Assembly (NCBI RefSeq): GCF_964194025.1
Contig: NC_134480.1
Location: forward strand, 13,144,001-13,208,000
Origin: Convolutriloba macropyga
Lineage: Eukaryota
DNA: 64,000 nucleotides
Direction of reading: 5' to 3'
Part shown: one piece after another, positions 12,301 through 24,300 of the stretch
Position numbering within the stretch: the first letter of the stretch is position 1
Layout of the letters: the number at the start of each line of letters is the position of its first letter
Program-made: the position numbers and the translations under genes
The notes under the pieces: model-generated
Databases searched by the model: none
Told to the model about the DNA's origin: nothing
What the model saw: the letters and a program-made list of their open reading frames with translations, nothing else

Positions 12301-15300
12301 CTCTAAAGTCTCTCCGTTTTACTCGAGTGCTCCGTCTATGTTTACCGATTCTCAACCTAAAACTGGAACTTATTCGGTTCCATTTTATATAGACTTTGGT
12401 TCTAACCTAAAAAGATTTGGGAGATTTACTGTGTCCCAGATTTTTAAAAACGGACAAAATTATTCCGAACCAACTTTCCAAGTCTTCAAAAAAGATAATT
12501 CTGGAACATTTGAGAAGTACCAACAACTTCGAATATGAGATTACGAATTCAAGAAATTCTGTTTCCTCAAGAACAATATCCTGGATGGGGAGTTGGAACT
12601 GAGTGAGCACCCGACTCAATTTGATAAGAACCCATGTATGGAGGATGTGCTGCAACGATGTCACAAAGTCAGAGAGGTCAGCATAGGACGAAATCGACGA
12701 ATATATGTGACTTTCATTCAATACGTTCAGGAGAATCCAGCCTCCATTTATGTGCAGATTCGGCTCTTTTGTCGCAAGGAAAACGAGTTCAAGCAGGTGA
12801 CTTATGTCAGCTACACCTTGGACGAGTTCAAGGAACTGATTCAAAATTTGAATGACTTTTCTAACATTGAACAATGTACATTTCAATAATAATTGTTGTG
12901 TGATTTTGTAATATGTCTTTGTCTTCTCTACAATAAATTTTTCATTTTAAAAATCTTTGATCTGAGAATGAGTTGGGATATTGGTTGCTCAAGAAACATT
13001 TTTTTGAGTCTCAGAGACAAGTCAAAGGTTTTTCACGTTAGACTTCATTCCGAACTTAAAAGATATTCCTATACTGTTCTTGAAGCTCAAAATTTTCCCA
13101 AATTAGAAAATTTGGACATAGAGTCCCAAATTTCAGAATTTAAGTGGGTTATTCACAACGGATTACGCAGAACAAGTCTTATATATCGTTCAGATAAACA
13201 ACAAGTTACCATTTCACAACATCGTTGGAACGGATATCAGTGGAGTTTTCTGACAAATATTGAATTAAAAAAAGAAGAGTACGAGAACTTACTAGAGCAT
13301 CTCCCTACACTTTTATCTTATATTGAAAAGTTTAAGAAAACTTGCATTGACATGGATGAAGGAACGCAAAGTTGATGGATATTGTCATTCTTGTCAACAT
13401 ATTCAATTGCTACGGAAGCATCCTTTCAATGTTTCCCGAAAATGAAAAACGCAAAAACTGTTGTTTAGCGGCCTGTAAAATTTGGGACGAAAATATAAAT
13501 TTGGAGGAAATTAACCAAAAATTTCCTCACGGAGGACTTATTGGTTATAGAAATTCCTTTTTAGATTTTTTCTTTGCTAGATTGAAAGTTTTTCGATTAC
13601 ATGCTATACTACACGATTCTGCTGGAGCGGTTAAAGCAACTACAAACAAGGGACCAGGATACTGTAACATGTTACCAAATTTTCCAAGCTCATGTTTCTT
13701 GGGACATTTAACTGGGTTAATCTTTTGTGTCTTTATTAAATTTTATCATCCTCAAATTTTCAAAATGCTAGACTGCTAATCGTTTTTGTAATAATTCAAC
13801 CTAGAAAAAAGAATGTCTCTCGTTGTGTTTGATATTGAGTGCTTGGAAGGGAAAATTGTCAAGGAGTTGGGTGTTTTCAAGGATGGAATTGTATTGGGAT
13901 ACAGTTTCCTCCCACCCAAAGACTATAAACCTACTTTTCAAGCAAAATGGAACACTAAAAATTTACATGGGATTAATTGGAACAATGGAAAACTGGAATA
14001 CACTGAGTTGTCATCAATCATTCACCAACATTGTTCATCTACAACAGAATACTTTGCAAAAGGGTTAGAGAAGTGTAATCTTCTCTCAAATTACTTGTGT
14101 AAAGATGTGGAGAATCTAGATGAACTTGGTTGTCCAAAAGTTTCCAAACTTCTCAATAACTCGGATACTGACTGGGATTGTAGCAATTATCCGTATCGAC
14201 ACAAAAAGACATTTCACTGTGCAGAGAAGAAAGCTTATGCTTACGGAACTTGGACTCTGGATTTTTTGATAACGTATAACATTTGTAATTTCTATTTGTA
14301 TTTGTGATCGTTTTGTAATTTATTATTTTTATTTTACTACTTTTGAAATCAGAGAGAAGTTGCATTCCCAGTTCAAAAAATTGATTTTCCCTTAAAAATA
14401 AGGTATAAATGACCGAGCATACAGATAACGGTTTAAATTTAGGTAATTTTGTCTTTGATGATAATAACCAGGAACGACAATCGTGGTAATGTTTTGGACA
14501 GACTTGTAATAGATCTGTGGTGATTTTTTTGGCCCAATTTTTTGTTATTTTGTTAATATTAGCGTGCTGTAAAGTAAGAATAACTCTTGCCGAAACCTGT
14601 GAAGAAACAACAGTTTGGATTGCTATCTTATCTAGTACAGTCGGTTATATTTTACCTTCTCCTAAACTATGAACAAAATAATCTCCACTAAGGAACGCAT
14701 TTTTATTTCATTGGTGGGACCAAGCGGGTCTGGAAAATCTCATCTTATCCATGATTGGCTAATTATTGGAACTTTTCAACCCGATTTTGATAAAATTTAC
14801 TATTTTTATCAACATTATCAATCACTTTACGGTCTAATGTCCAAAAACATTAAGAACATTCAATTTATTCAAGGAGTTGACTTTGAGTTCATTCAGAGTC
14901 TACCCAATAATGGAACAAAGTATTTGCTGATTTTTGATGATTCTCGTGAAGAAATCTTAAGCTCGAAAGAATTTGTTAAAATCGCGACAGCTGGAAGACA
15001 CAAAGGTCTTAGTACAATATATATAAAGCATAATCTTTTTCATCAGAGTAGGTTGGGAAGAGATATTGAGTTACAAAATACTCATATAGTTTTATTCAAG
15101 TCTCCTAGAGATGTTCTCCAGATAAATACTCTTAGTCAACAGCTCGGGTTAGGATCACAATTAAAAGATTGGTATACAAAAGCTACTTCAATCCCGTATG
15201 GTCATTTACTCATTGATCTAACTCCGAAAACAGTCGACTCTCTTCGATTTTGCAGAAACAGTGGTTCTATTCCCACTATTTTTTTCCCTAAAACGAAACA

Positions 15301-18300
15301 AGAGATTACTTTTTTGAACGATGAACACACAACATCTCTCTACGCTGATAACGTTCCAAACGTATTCCCAGAACTTCAAGAAATCGTTCCTAAGAAATTG
15401 TCCAAAAGATTTCATTCAGTATCTAAACGAATGCATAGTAAACCTTCTCGGGGGACAACTACAGGAAATACAAAAACAAGGCGTAATAAAGTACAGAGAC
15501 GAAATTCATCAACTCGTGCTAAAAAGAACCGGAATAAATAAAAGAAGAGCAATTTTAAGTTCACGAAAAGGAATAGAGCTCATATCAATTTTGACACCAT
15601 CTACCATTAATCGATTGTCTTGAAATGGAACAGTTTGTTTTGATTCCTCAACACCTTTACGAACAAAAATTCAAATTAGAAGTTAAAAAGTTGGACACTT
15701 TTGAGCAGAAACCAGTTTCTGTCCCAACACATTTGAACCCTAATTACAAGGAAATCAGCAACAAAACCAGATCTTTAAAGAACGAATCAATTGTAGATCA
15801 AATTTTGAATTCACCGCGAGTCAAGCTATCTCTCAACGACACAATTTTATTAGATGGAAGAGATACAGAAGTAGCTTTTGCAGATTTTATTTTTGCATTA
15901 AAAAGAAAGAACGTTGATTTTCCCGACATATATTACACAATACTTGATGCTACCGGAATAAATCCGCAAAAAGTAATAAACAAAGATGCCAAAAGCAAAG
16001 ACAGAGGGAGCTGGATTCCTTTCAAAATCTGAAAAAGCCAAGCTACAAAGGCTGTATAGAGATGGAAAAGCCGCATATGGATCAATTAAAAATCTACAAA
16101 AGGCAAGTGGGTTATCCAAAAAAAAGTTGCCTACTTTCTACACAGTAAAGATTCTTACACAAAGTATCGTCATGCAACACGACATTTCAAAAGATTACCA
16201 GCATTTGCTAAGCGAATCAATGAGATCTGGTGTCTCGATCTAGCTTTTATGGATAAATTATCGGATACTAATAATGGAGTGAAGTATTTATTAGTATGTG
16301 CTGACATCTTTTCTCGCTTTGTTCGTGTGCAACCAATGAAGTCAAAGTACTCTACCGATGCAGTTGTAGCTTTCAAAAAAATGTTGCGTAAAAAAAGTAT
16401 GTCCGCGAAAGTATGGGTTGACCAGGGAACAGAGTATAGTGGTGAGTTTCGAAAGTTTTGTATGGACAAGAAATTTAAAATTTACTCTACTAGAAGTGAA
16501 ACGAAAGCTGCTGTAGCAGAACGAGCCATTAAATCCCTGAAAAACATTATTTATCGCTATATGGAAGAAAATGGTGACAAATACATGAGAAAAATGGATT
16601 CCTTTGTCAAAACTATGAACACAAGAGTTAATCGCTCAACAGGTAAAGCTCCAAAAAATGTAACAAACAAAGACTTTTTGTCAATTCTTTACAGAAACCC
16701 AATTAACCAATATAAACGACCACGTTTTGAAGTGGGTGAAAATGTTCGTATATCAAAAAAAGATATTCCATTCAGAAAAGGTTATAAATCACAGTTCACA
16801 AATGAAATAATCAAAATTGCTAAAGCTGCTGCTTTTAAACCGCCAACCTATAACCTTTGTGGAGAACAAGGTGATGAAATTCTAGGTAAATTTTATGAAC
16901 AAGAGCTTTCAAAGTGTATTATTTAAAGATGAGTTCTTTCACTGTTGAGTTGGTTTCCAATGCGTCGTTTGATTGTTAACCAAACAATACACTAAGTTCT
17001 TTCACGAATTTTCTACCTGAACAAATTAATCTTGATGGAGAATGGGAGGTAGCGATAAGAGAACTGTCGTACCCTTCCTTGTACCAAAACATAACAGAGG
17101 GTAAATTCTTCTATCTAGATGAAGCAACACCAGATACAAAACCATCGGATTATTACACACTTGATCCAGGTCTATAACCCTCGATCTCTGATATTGTCAA
17201 TGAAATGAATAGAAAAATTCAGGAACGTGAAAAATATGAAAAAACGCCCATCAAATTACACGTTAACAAAATTACACAGCGAATTTCTTTGAGTCTTCCA
17301 AATCAGAACTCTTTACTTGTCATTTTTAGTGCCGATCTTTGTCATGTCTTTGGATGCGAAGAAGCTGTTTATGGTATGGGTAATTTCATGAGTGGTGGTG
17401 GTCCACATTTTCCCAAGTTTCCTTATGACATTGTACGAATACACACCTTAATGATATATAGTGATATTGTTGAATACAATATTGTGGGTGATACAAAAGC
17501 TGCTCTTTTACGATGCATTCCGTTTATATCAAAAGTTGAGAATGGAGATATCATCTCAACGGGACAATGCACGAATTATCAAAATTTTCCAAACTTACAA
17601 TTTAAAAAAATTCTAAAAAACTCATTCCACAGCATAAAACTCGAGCTCCGGGACTCTTATGGTGAAAAAGTTCCTTTCAACTCTGTTGGTGTGACAAGAG
17701 CGGTACTAATGTTTAGAAAAACTTCTGATAATCATTTTTAGATTTAAAGTTGTAGAAAATGGTTGCTGATAGTGATTTACCGTATTTTCGTGGTTATTCA
17801 AGACAGAGGGGAAGAGGATTCGGAGCGTTAGCACAACAATTGGGAGGACAGCTATTCCATTCTTGAGGAGATATGTTGTCCCAGCAGCAAAAAGAGTTGG
17901 TGCTGATTTGCTTGATATAGCTGCACCAGAAATTGGAAATGTTCTAACTGGAAAGAAAAAATTCAAATCTGTGGCTGCAGATGTTGGAAAGAAAACATTA
18001 CGTAAACAGCTAGGTGGTGGAAAAATTAGGAAACGGCGCATAATTCGAAGAATTACCCCAAAAACCAGTCGACGTCGTCGAACTAGAAGCGATATTTTTT
18101 CTAATCTAAAATGAATACTAGATCAACAAACGATAGCAACTTTCGTTATGGTCACTTTACGAACTCTTGCTTGGAGATTTTTGACAAAATTCCTGTTTTG
18201 GAACCAATTGAATCTTCTCACGTTCAAGAAGTTTATCCCAGTACTTCATTGGATGAAAGCAGCATTGAGTTCGAGTTTGAAACAGATAGAACCATATATC

Positions 18301-21300
18301 TTGATATGAGAGATATCCACGTTCAAATCAAAGTTGGATTACAAAAGGGAAGATTGTTTGATGACTTTATGAAAAAAGACGAGCATGGAAAAGCAGATAT
18401 GGGAATGTCTTTCACAGATGATGATTCACATTATCTAACTCACGTCAACAATTTATTGCACTCGCTCTTCTCCAACTGTGAGGTGTATCTGAACAATCAA
18501 CAGGTTTACAACTCAAATGGTCTCTATGGACACAAAGCTTTAATTTCCAACGAATTTAACGCTTCCACAAGAAATAATGAAGGTATTTTGGCTTGTCATG
18601 GATATGAATTTGAAAAAGAACCCAGCGATTTTGAGAAAAACCCTTTTATAGATCGAGAGGAAGAACTTTTGCTGAAAAATGGAACTACTTATTACGGTAA
18701 ATTAGCAATTGATTTGTTCCAATGTGAAAAGTTACTGCTTCCAAATACAAAAGTTAGACTGAAATTGATTCGTGCAAGACCCAATTTTTACATGATCTCC
18801 TACAATCCTTACGTCTCCCTTAAAGTTCTTGACTGTTCCCTGTTTACAAGACGTGTTGTTGTTAACGAAGTGTATCACCAGACTATCAAATATCAATTAA
18901 CTCATCAACCTGCTTGTTACAACTTTATGGAAACAATTGCACGCACATTTATTATTCCTTCAGGACAGAACCAGTTTATTCAGGAAAATGTTTTTAACAA
19001 TGCTCCAATCAGAAGAGTAGCTATTGCGATGAACACAAATTCAGCATTCACAGGACATTTTCAAGAAAATCCTTTCCATTATCAGAAATTTGGTTTACGA
19101 GAACTAAGAATTGTTCGAGGAGGTAGAGCTATAGAATCAGTTGATACAACCAATGACTGTAGGGAATATGTAACAAGAATGAAAGCAATGAATTTTAACG
19201 AAAAGATTCCCGCGTTACCACATAATCTATTTCAGAACCATTACGTGCTTGTATTTGATCTCACTTCACTTCAAGATGCTGGAGAAAGTATTCATTATCC
19301 TGAGCTCAGCGGTGAAAGTATCCGATTAGAAATGTTTTTCGACCGCCCGCTAAGAAGCGTGACAGAATTAATTGTTCTAGGAGAAAGGATGTCCACTGTT
19401 AAAATTGATCAGTTCGGAACGGTTGCTAAAAAGGTCTGAAGATTTTTGCGTTAACGAAAATTTTTTCATATTTTTTTCAGTTTTTTATGGGTTTTACATT
19501 GGAACATTTCTGCATTGGAACATTTTTGGGTTATATATTATCGTCACCCAGTTGCCATTCTCTTCACCAAATAATTTCTTAAAATGGACGTTAACTGGGG
19601 GCGAACTAATTTAAACTTTTTTGTTTACGTTCCTCTCCTAATTTTTCTGGTACTTTTTATAATTATTTTATTCTACCCCAAATCCCATAACAATTCTGTT
19701 GACAAAATTAAAAAGTCAAGCAACCTTTTATTAGAGCAAGGTAAAAAGTCCAATGATTGTTGCTTTTATGAAGAGAATGAGTCTTTTCAGCTGGACTGTA
19801 CAGTTAGAAATCCGTGTGTTAATGGTACTTGCGAAATAAAGCAGAGAAAAATTGTTTGTCATGGATAACACTTCCCTGAGACAGATTATTGAACGAATCC
19901 CAGAACTCAAATACCGCTATATTGGATCGTTTCCAGCAGATTGTGTTCCAAGGCTACCCACATTCAGTTTTGCTATCATCAACACTTCTCCGAGCAGTGA
20001 AGCTGGAGAGCATTGGATAATGATTGCTCGACTCAATCGAACTTATTACTATGCTGATTCTTTGGCTCGTCTAATCACAAAATACAAATTTTTGAATAAA
20101 AAGTATCAGAAAATGATACAACAACCAGTTCAGAAAACTGATAATTTGTGTGGATTTTACACAATATTTGCAGCATTTCAAATATTTAAATTTTTTCAAA
20201 CAAAACTGAACAAGGTTCATGACGTTCATGTTTTAAACTTTATAAGTAATTATATGTGAATTAGATAAATTTAATGTAAAATAAGTCGAAGTGTAATAAA
20301 GTCGACAGTAATTTTTTTTCTAAATTCCTTAATTCTTCGTTAGTTACTCAAATTTTTGTTGTCGACTTTATTAACTACTCGGCTAAATGTACTTTAATAC
20401 TCTTTTCTTTTGTACTATCATCATGTAAACGTTTGATTATATTTGTATTTGCATGTGCTTAATTTGTACTGTGTCTGTTATTTTGTACTTATTAATTCAA
20501 TTTTTTTTCTTTTATTTAACTTTTTTCCATGTTATGAGCGCGTAAAAGTCCACTAGTACTGTGACAATGCCAGATCAGCAAGAGGTAGTTTCGATCTACC
20601 GACCTCTGGGTTATGAGCCCAGCACGCTTTCGCTGCGCCATCTTGCTATTTAGGGTCGGCTATACCTAATCTTAATACATTGCGGCGGCTATACCTAATC
20701 TTAATACATTGCGGCAGCTATACCTAATCTTAATACATTGCGGCGGCTATACCTAATCTTAATACATTGCGGCGGCTATACCTAGTCTTAATACATTGCG
20801 GCGGCTATACCTAATCTTAATACATTGCGGCGGCTATACCTAATCTTAATACATTGCCGCGGCTATACCTAATCTTAATACATTGCTGTGGTTAAACCAA
20901 AAAATGTTGAAATTTACTGCGAGGGAAATTATCCGTTAATGCGCGCTACCTGTACAATTCCCCGCCTGTACGTACGCACTGACTGTACAATTCCCTGCGC
21001 GCTGCATGTATAATTCCCTGCCTGTACGTACGCGCTGACTGCAATTACCTGCGCGCTGCATGTATAATTCCCTGCTAATCCCTAAATGACCTCTAAAATC
21101 ACGTGACAAGTGGCTCCGGAAAATCACCCTGGTCTGCTCCTGCCTTACTACTCACCCCCTGGAACACCCCTAGATTTATCCCCAATCTTAATACATTGCG
21201 GAGGATATTCCTAATCTTAATACGTGGCGGCCGCTATAACTAATCTTAATAAGTGGCGGCCGCTATAACTAATCTTAATACGTGGCGGCCGCTATAACTA

Positions 21301-24300
21301 ATCTTAATACGTGACGGCCGCTATAACTAATCTTAATACGTGGCGGCCGCTATAACTAATCTTAATACGTGGCGGCCGCTATAACTAATCTTAATACGTG
21401 GCGGCCGCTATTACTAATCTTAATACGTGGCGCCGCTATAACCTATCTTAATACATGTAACCTATACCCTATCTTAATACATTAGTGTAGACCCTCTCTC
21501 AAAAATTACTCCTATACCCTATCTTAATACATGGGGTCTACACACCCCCCCCCCCCCCCCCCCAACCCCCGAACCCCCCCCCCCCCCCCCCGGGGAGACT
21601 TGCTCACCCTATTACTACTAGCGACTCCCTATCTCCAATTGAATTGAATTCAAATTTAAAACATAACCGACAAACGTCGGGCGAATTACTCTCAAACAAC
21701 CGGCGAGAAGTTGGCTTCGTCAGTAGCTAGCCACGGTTTAGTGAGGCTAGCTTTAGCTTGTTTGTTTCGACTCTTCGACTTTTAGTTTTCTAACCTTGTT
21801 AGTAAATAAATCAAATAAAAAACTGATTTTGCAAAATTTAAAAAGCTTCGAGATTTCTCAGTGAATATGTTAAAAACTATTTGTTGTCTCAGGCGTTATG
21901 TCAAGTAGTCCATCTGCAAGACCTGAAAAGCTTCGTTGGCCAGTAATGATCGTTAAACTCAGAAAAGGACCAAAAATTTCAAAAATTTTAGAAACAATTG
22001 CAAATTTTAACAAAATCGTGCTAAAAAGTCGTGATATTAATATCTTCCGAACAATTTCATTGTCACAATAGACTATCCAGTATCCCTATTTCAAGCTTTA
22101 AATCTTTGCTCATATAGATCCATAAACTTGGAACATTAATTTTCCGAAAAATTGAAAATTAAATTTTATCAAAATATTGCTTAAGCTGGAGTCATTGAAA
22201 TATTAATCACCATTCCATTAATTCTAAAAACTATGAGGCAGCTTATCATCAAACCTTTGATGAGGACCCTAGGACCCTGGTGCCCGAAAATATGATAAGT
22301 TCAAAAAGTTTCAATAAAAACTTAAAAATATTTACAAATATTGCAAAAATAGCAAATATTTTTTAAAAATTGCTGATATTAAAATCTCGAATAACATACC
22401 ATTACATCTAGAAGCTATGCATTAAACTATAATAAAACCCTAGAGGAGATTATGCGGCTCTTGAGACTGAAGAAACACAAAAAATGACCAAAATTTTAAA
22501 GAACTTGAAAAAAAATGGCAAGTTGCATAAAAAAAACTGCTAAAATTTGTTATAACAAAAGTTGAAAACTAATGCACAAAAAAAATTTTCCAGTAACTTA
22601 TTACCAAACGCTAACGGAGATTTTCTGTTGGGCTGAAAAAAAGAATGACAATAAGTGTAAAAAAATTGCAAATTTGTAAAGAAATGCTAAAATTCGTGAC
22701 GTTCAAATCTTGAGAACATTCCATTTTCTTTAGAACCTATACAGTAATTATTGTAAAATTCTAGAGGAGGTTCTTCGTCTCTTGAGGCTGACGAAACCTA
22801 AAAAACCGACAAACTTTCAAAAAATTTGAAAAAAAAATGCAAGTTTTATCAAAAAAAATCGCTAAAATTAGTCATATTAAAAAATTGAAAGCTATTCCAT
22901 GACAAAAATTTTTTTAAGTAACTTATTATCAAACTCTTAAGGACGTTTTCTGGCGCCTGCGTCTGGAAAAACGCCAATAATGAAAAATGTCAAAAAAAAA
23001 TTGAAAAAAATTGCAAGTGTTGTAAAAAAAATTGCTAAAATTCGTTTTGTTAAAATGTTGAAACCATTCCACTACCACTAGAAACTATGCAGTAAATTGT
23101 TATAAAACTCTAGCGGAGGTTCCTTGACACCTAGGGCTGAAAGAACTCAAAAACGAAAAAATTTTCAAAAAGCTTGAAAATTGTGAAAATTAGTATAAAA
23201 TTGTGGGTTGTTTTTAGCGATGGTTTGTTCGAACGCAGCTACGGGGGAGGGAGGGGGCGCGCAACAGTGGGGGGAATAGCGCGGTGGGGGCAATAGTGTG
23301 GGTGTCTTCAACCTCTAAGAACCACCCTTCACACCATTACTATAAGTCTCCAAAACAGTTTGAGCAGAAAAGCTCTAAGAGCACTTAATGCCCGCTGGGC
23401 GCTACCTGTTATCACGTTTTCGAGAACGAAAAGTCAAACATACCCGGCAGATTGCCGGAAAAAAAGCCCCCGTTGATTCCAATAAGCATGATTGGGATTG
23501 AAAGAATAGAAGATATTGAAAAAAAGATTTTTGTACGAAAACATTTTTTAAGTCCGATTTATTTTGATGGCATTTCGTAGTTGAACATACTTCTGTTTCT
23601 TAGAGAGAGGCTACAGGGGCTAATATCAATACCACTAAGCATTGGAGATGGTAACTAAGACTTATAGGAACGACGTTCAAATAGCGGGCATCTAAAATTG
23701 GGATTTATGGGTTTATCCCGTTTCTATTTCTGACTTCAATTTTTTATTCTGACTCTTTTCATTTTGAACTGCTTTGCTGAGCAACTGATGTTCAAATTAA
23801 CTTTTAGCAGAATGAGAGAAGAGAGAAACTAGCCTAGAGAAGTCAAAAAGATATCACGCAAAATGTTGAAAAAGCGGCAAAATGAGGTAAAGCGAAACAT
23901 TTTTTTATTCGACGAAGTAAAAAAAAATAGGAGCGCTATAATAGCCGGCTGAGAAGATGAGGGCGGCTATTGAAAAATGTCAGACAAAAATCGGTCAAGC
24001 GAAAAATCGCATAAAAAAAAACCGACAGAACAAATATACCCGGGAGATTGCCGGAAAATAGCCGCCGTTGATTCCAATAAGCATGATTGCGATTGAACGA
24101 ATAGAAGATATTGAAAAAAAAAAGATTTTTGTACAAAAAAATTTTTTAAGTCCGATTTATTTTGATGGCATTTCGTAGTTGAACATACTTCTGTTTCTTA
24201 GAGAGAGGCTACAGGGGCTAATATCAATACCACTAAGCATTGGAGATGGTAACTAAGACTTATAGGAACGACGTTTAAATAGCGGGCATCTAAAATTGGG

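Larger units (their letters stand above)
2648..21619. mobile_element. Full-length Maverick/Polinton (adintovirus-like), probably non-autonomous now
   Basis: Termini AGTAGTAATAGGGTGAGCAAG / CTTGCTCACCCTATTACTACT; 6-bp TSD AGCGAC at 2642-2647 and 21620-21625; ~1-kb TIRs; pPolB, ATPase, integrase, penton, MCP and adenain genes. Confidence 0.98.

Noticed and set aside
20576-20647. tRNA as an LTR primer-binding site or SINE head
   Set aside because: It is a full-length cloverleaf rather than an 18-nt 3' complement; no LTR, SINE body, A-tail or TSD is visible around it.
21900-23200. AT-rich degenerate repeats here and at ~29900-32250 and ~39900-42300 as specific MITE/Helitron families
   Set aside because: Probably non-autonomous repeat debris, but I could not define termini or TSDs by eye.
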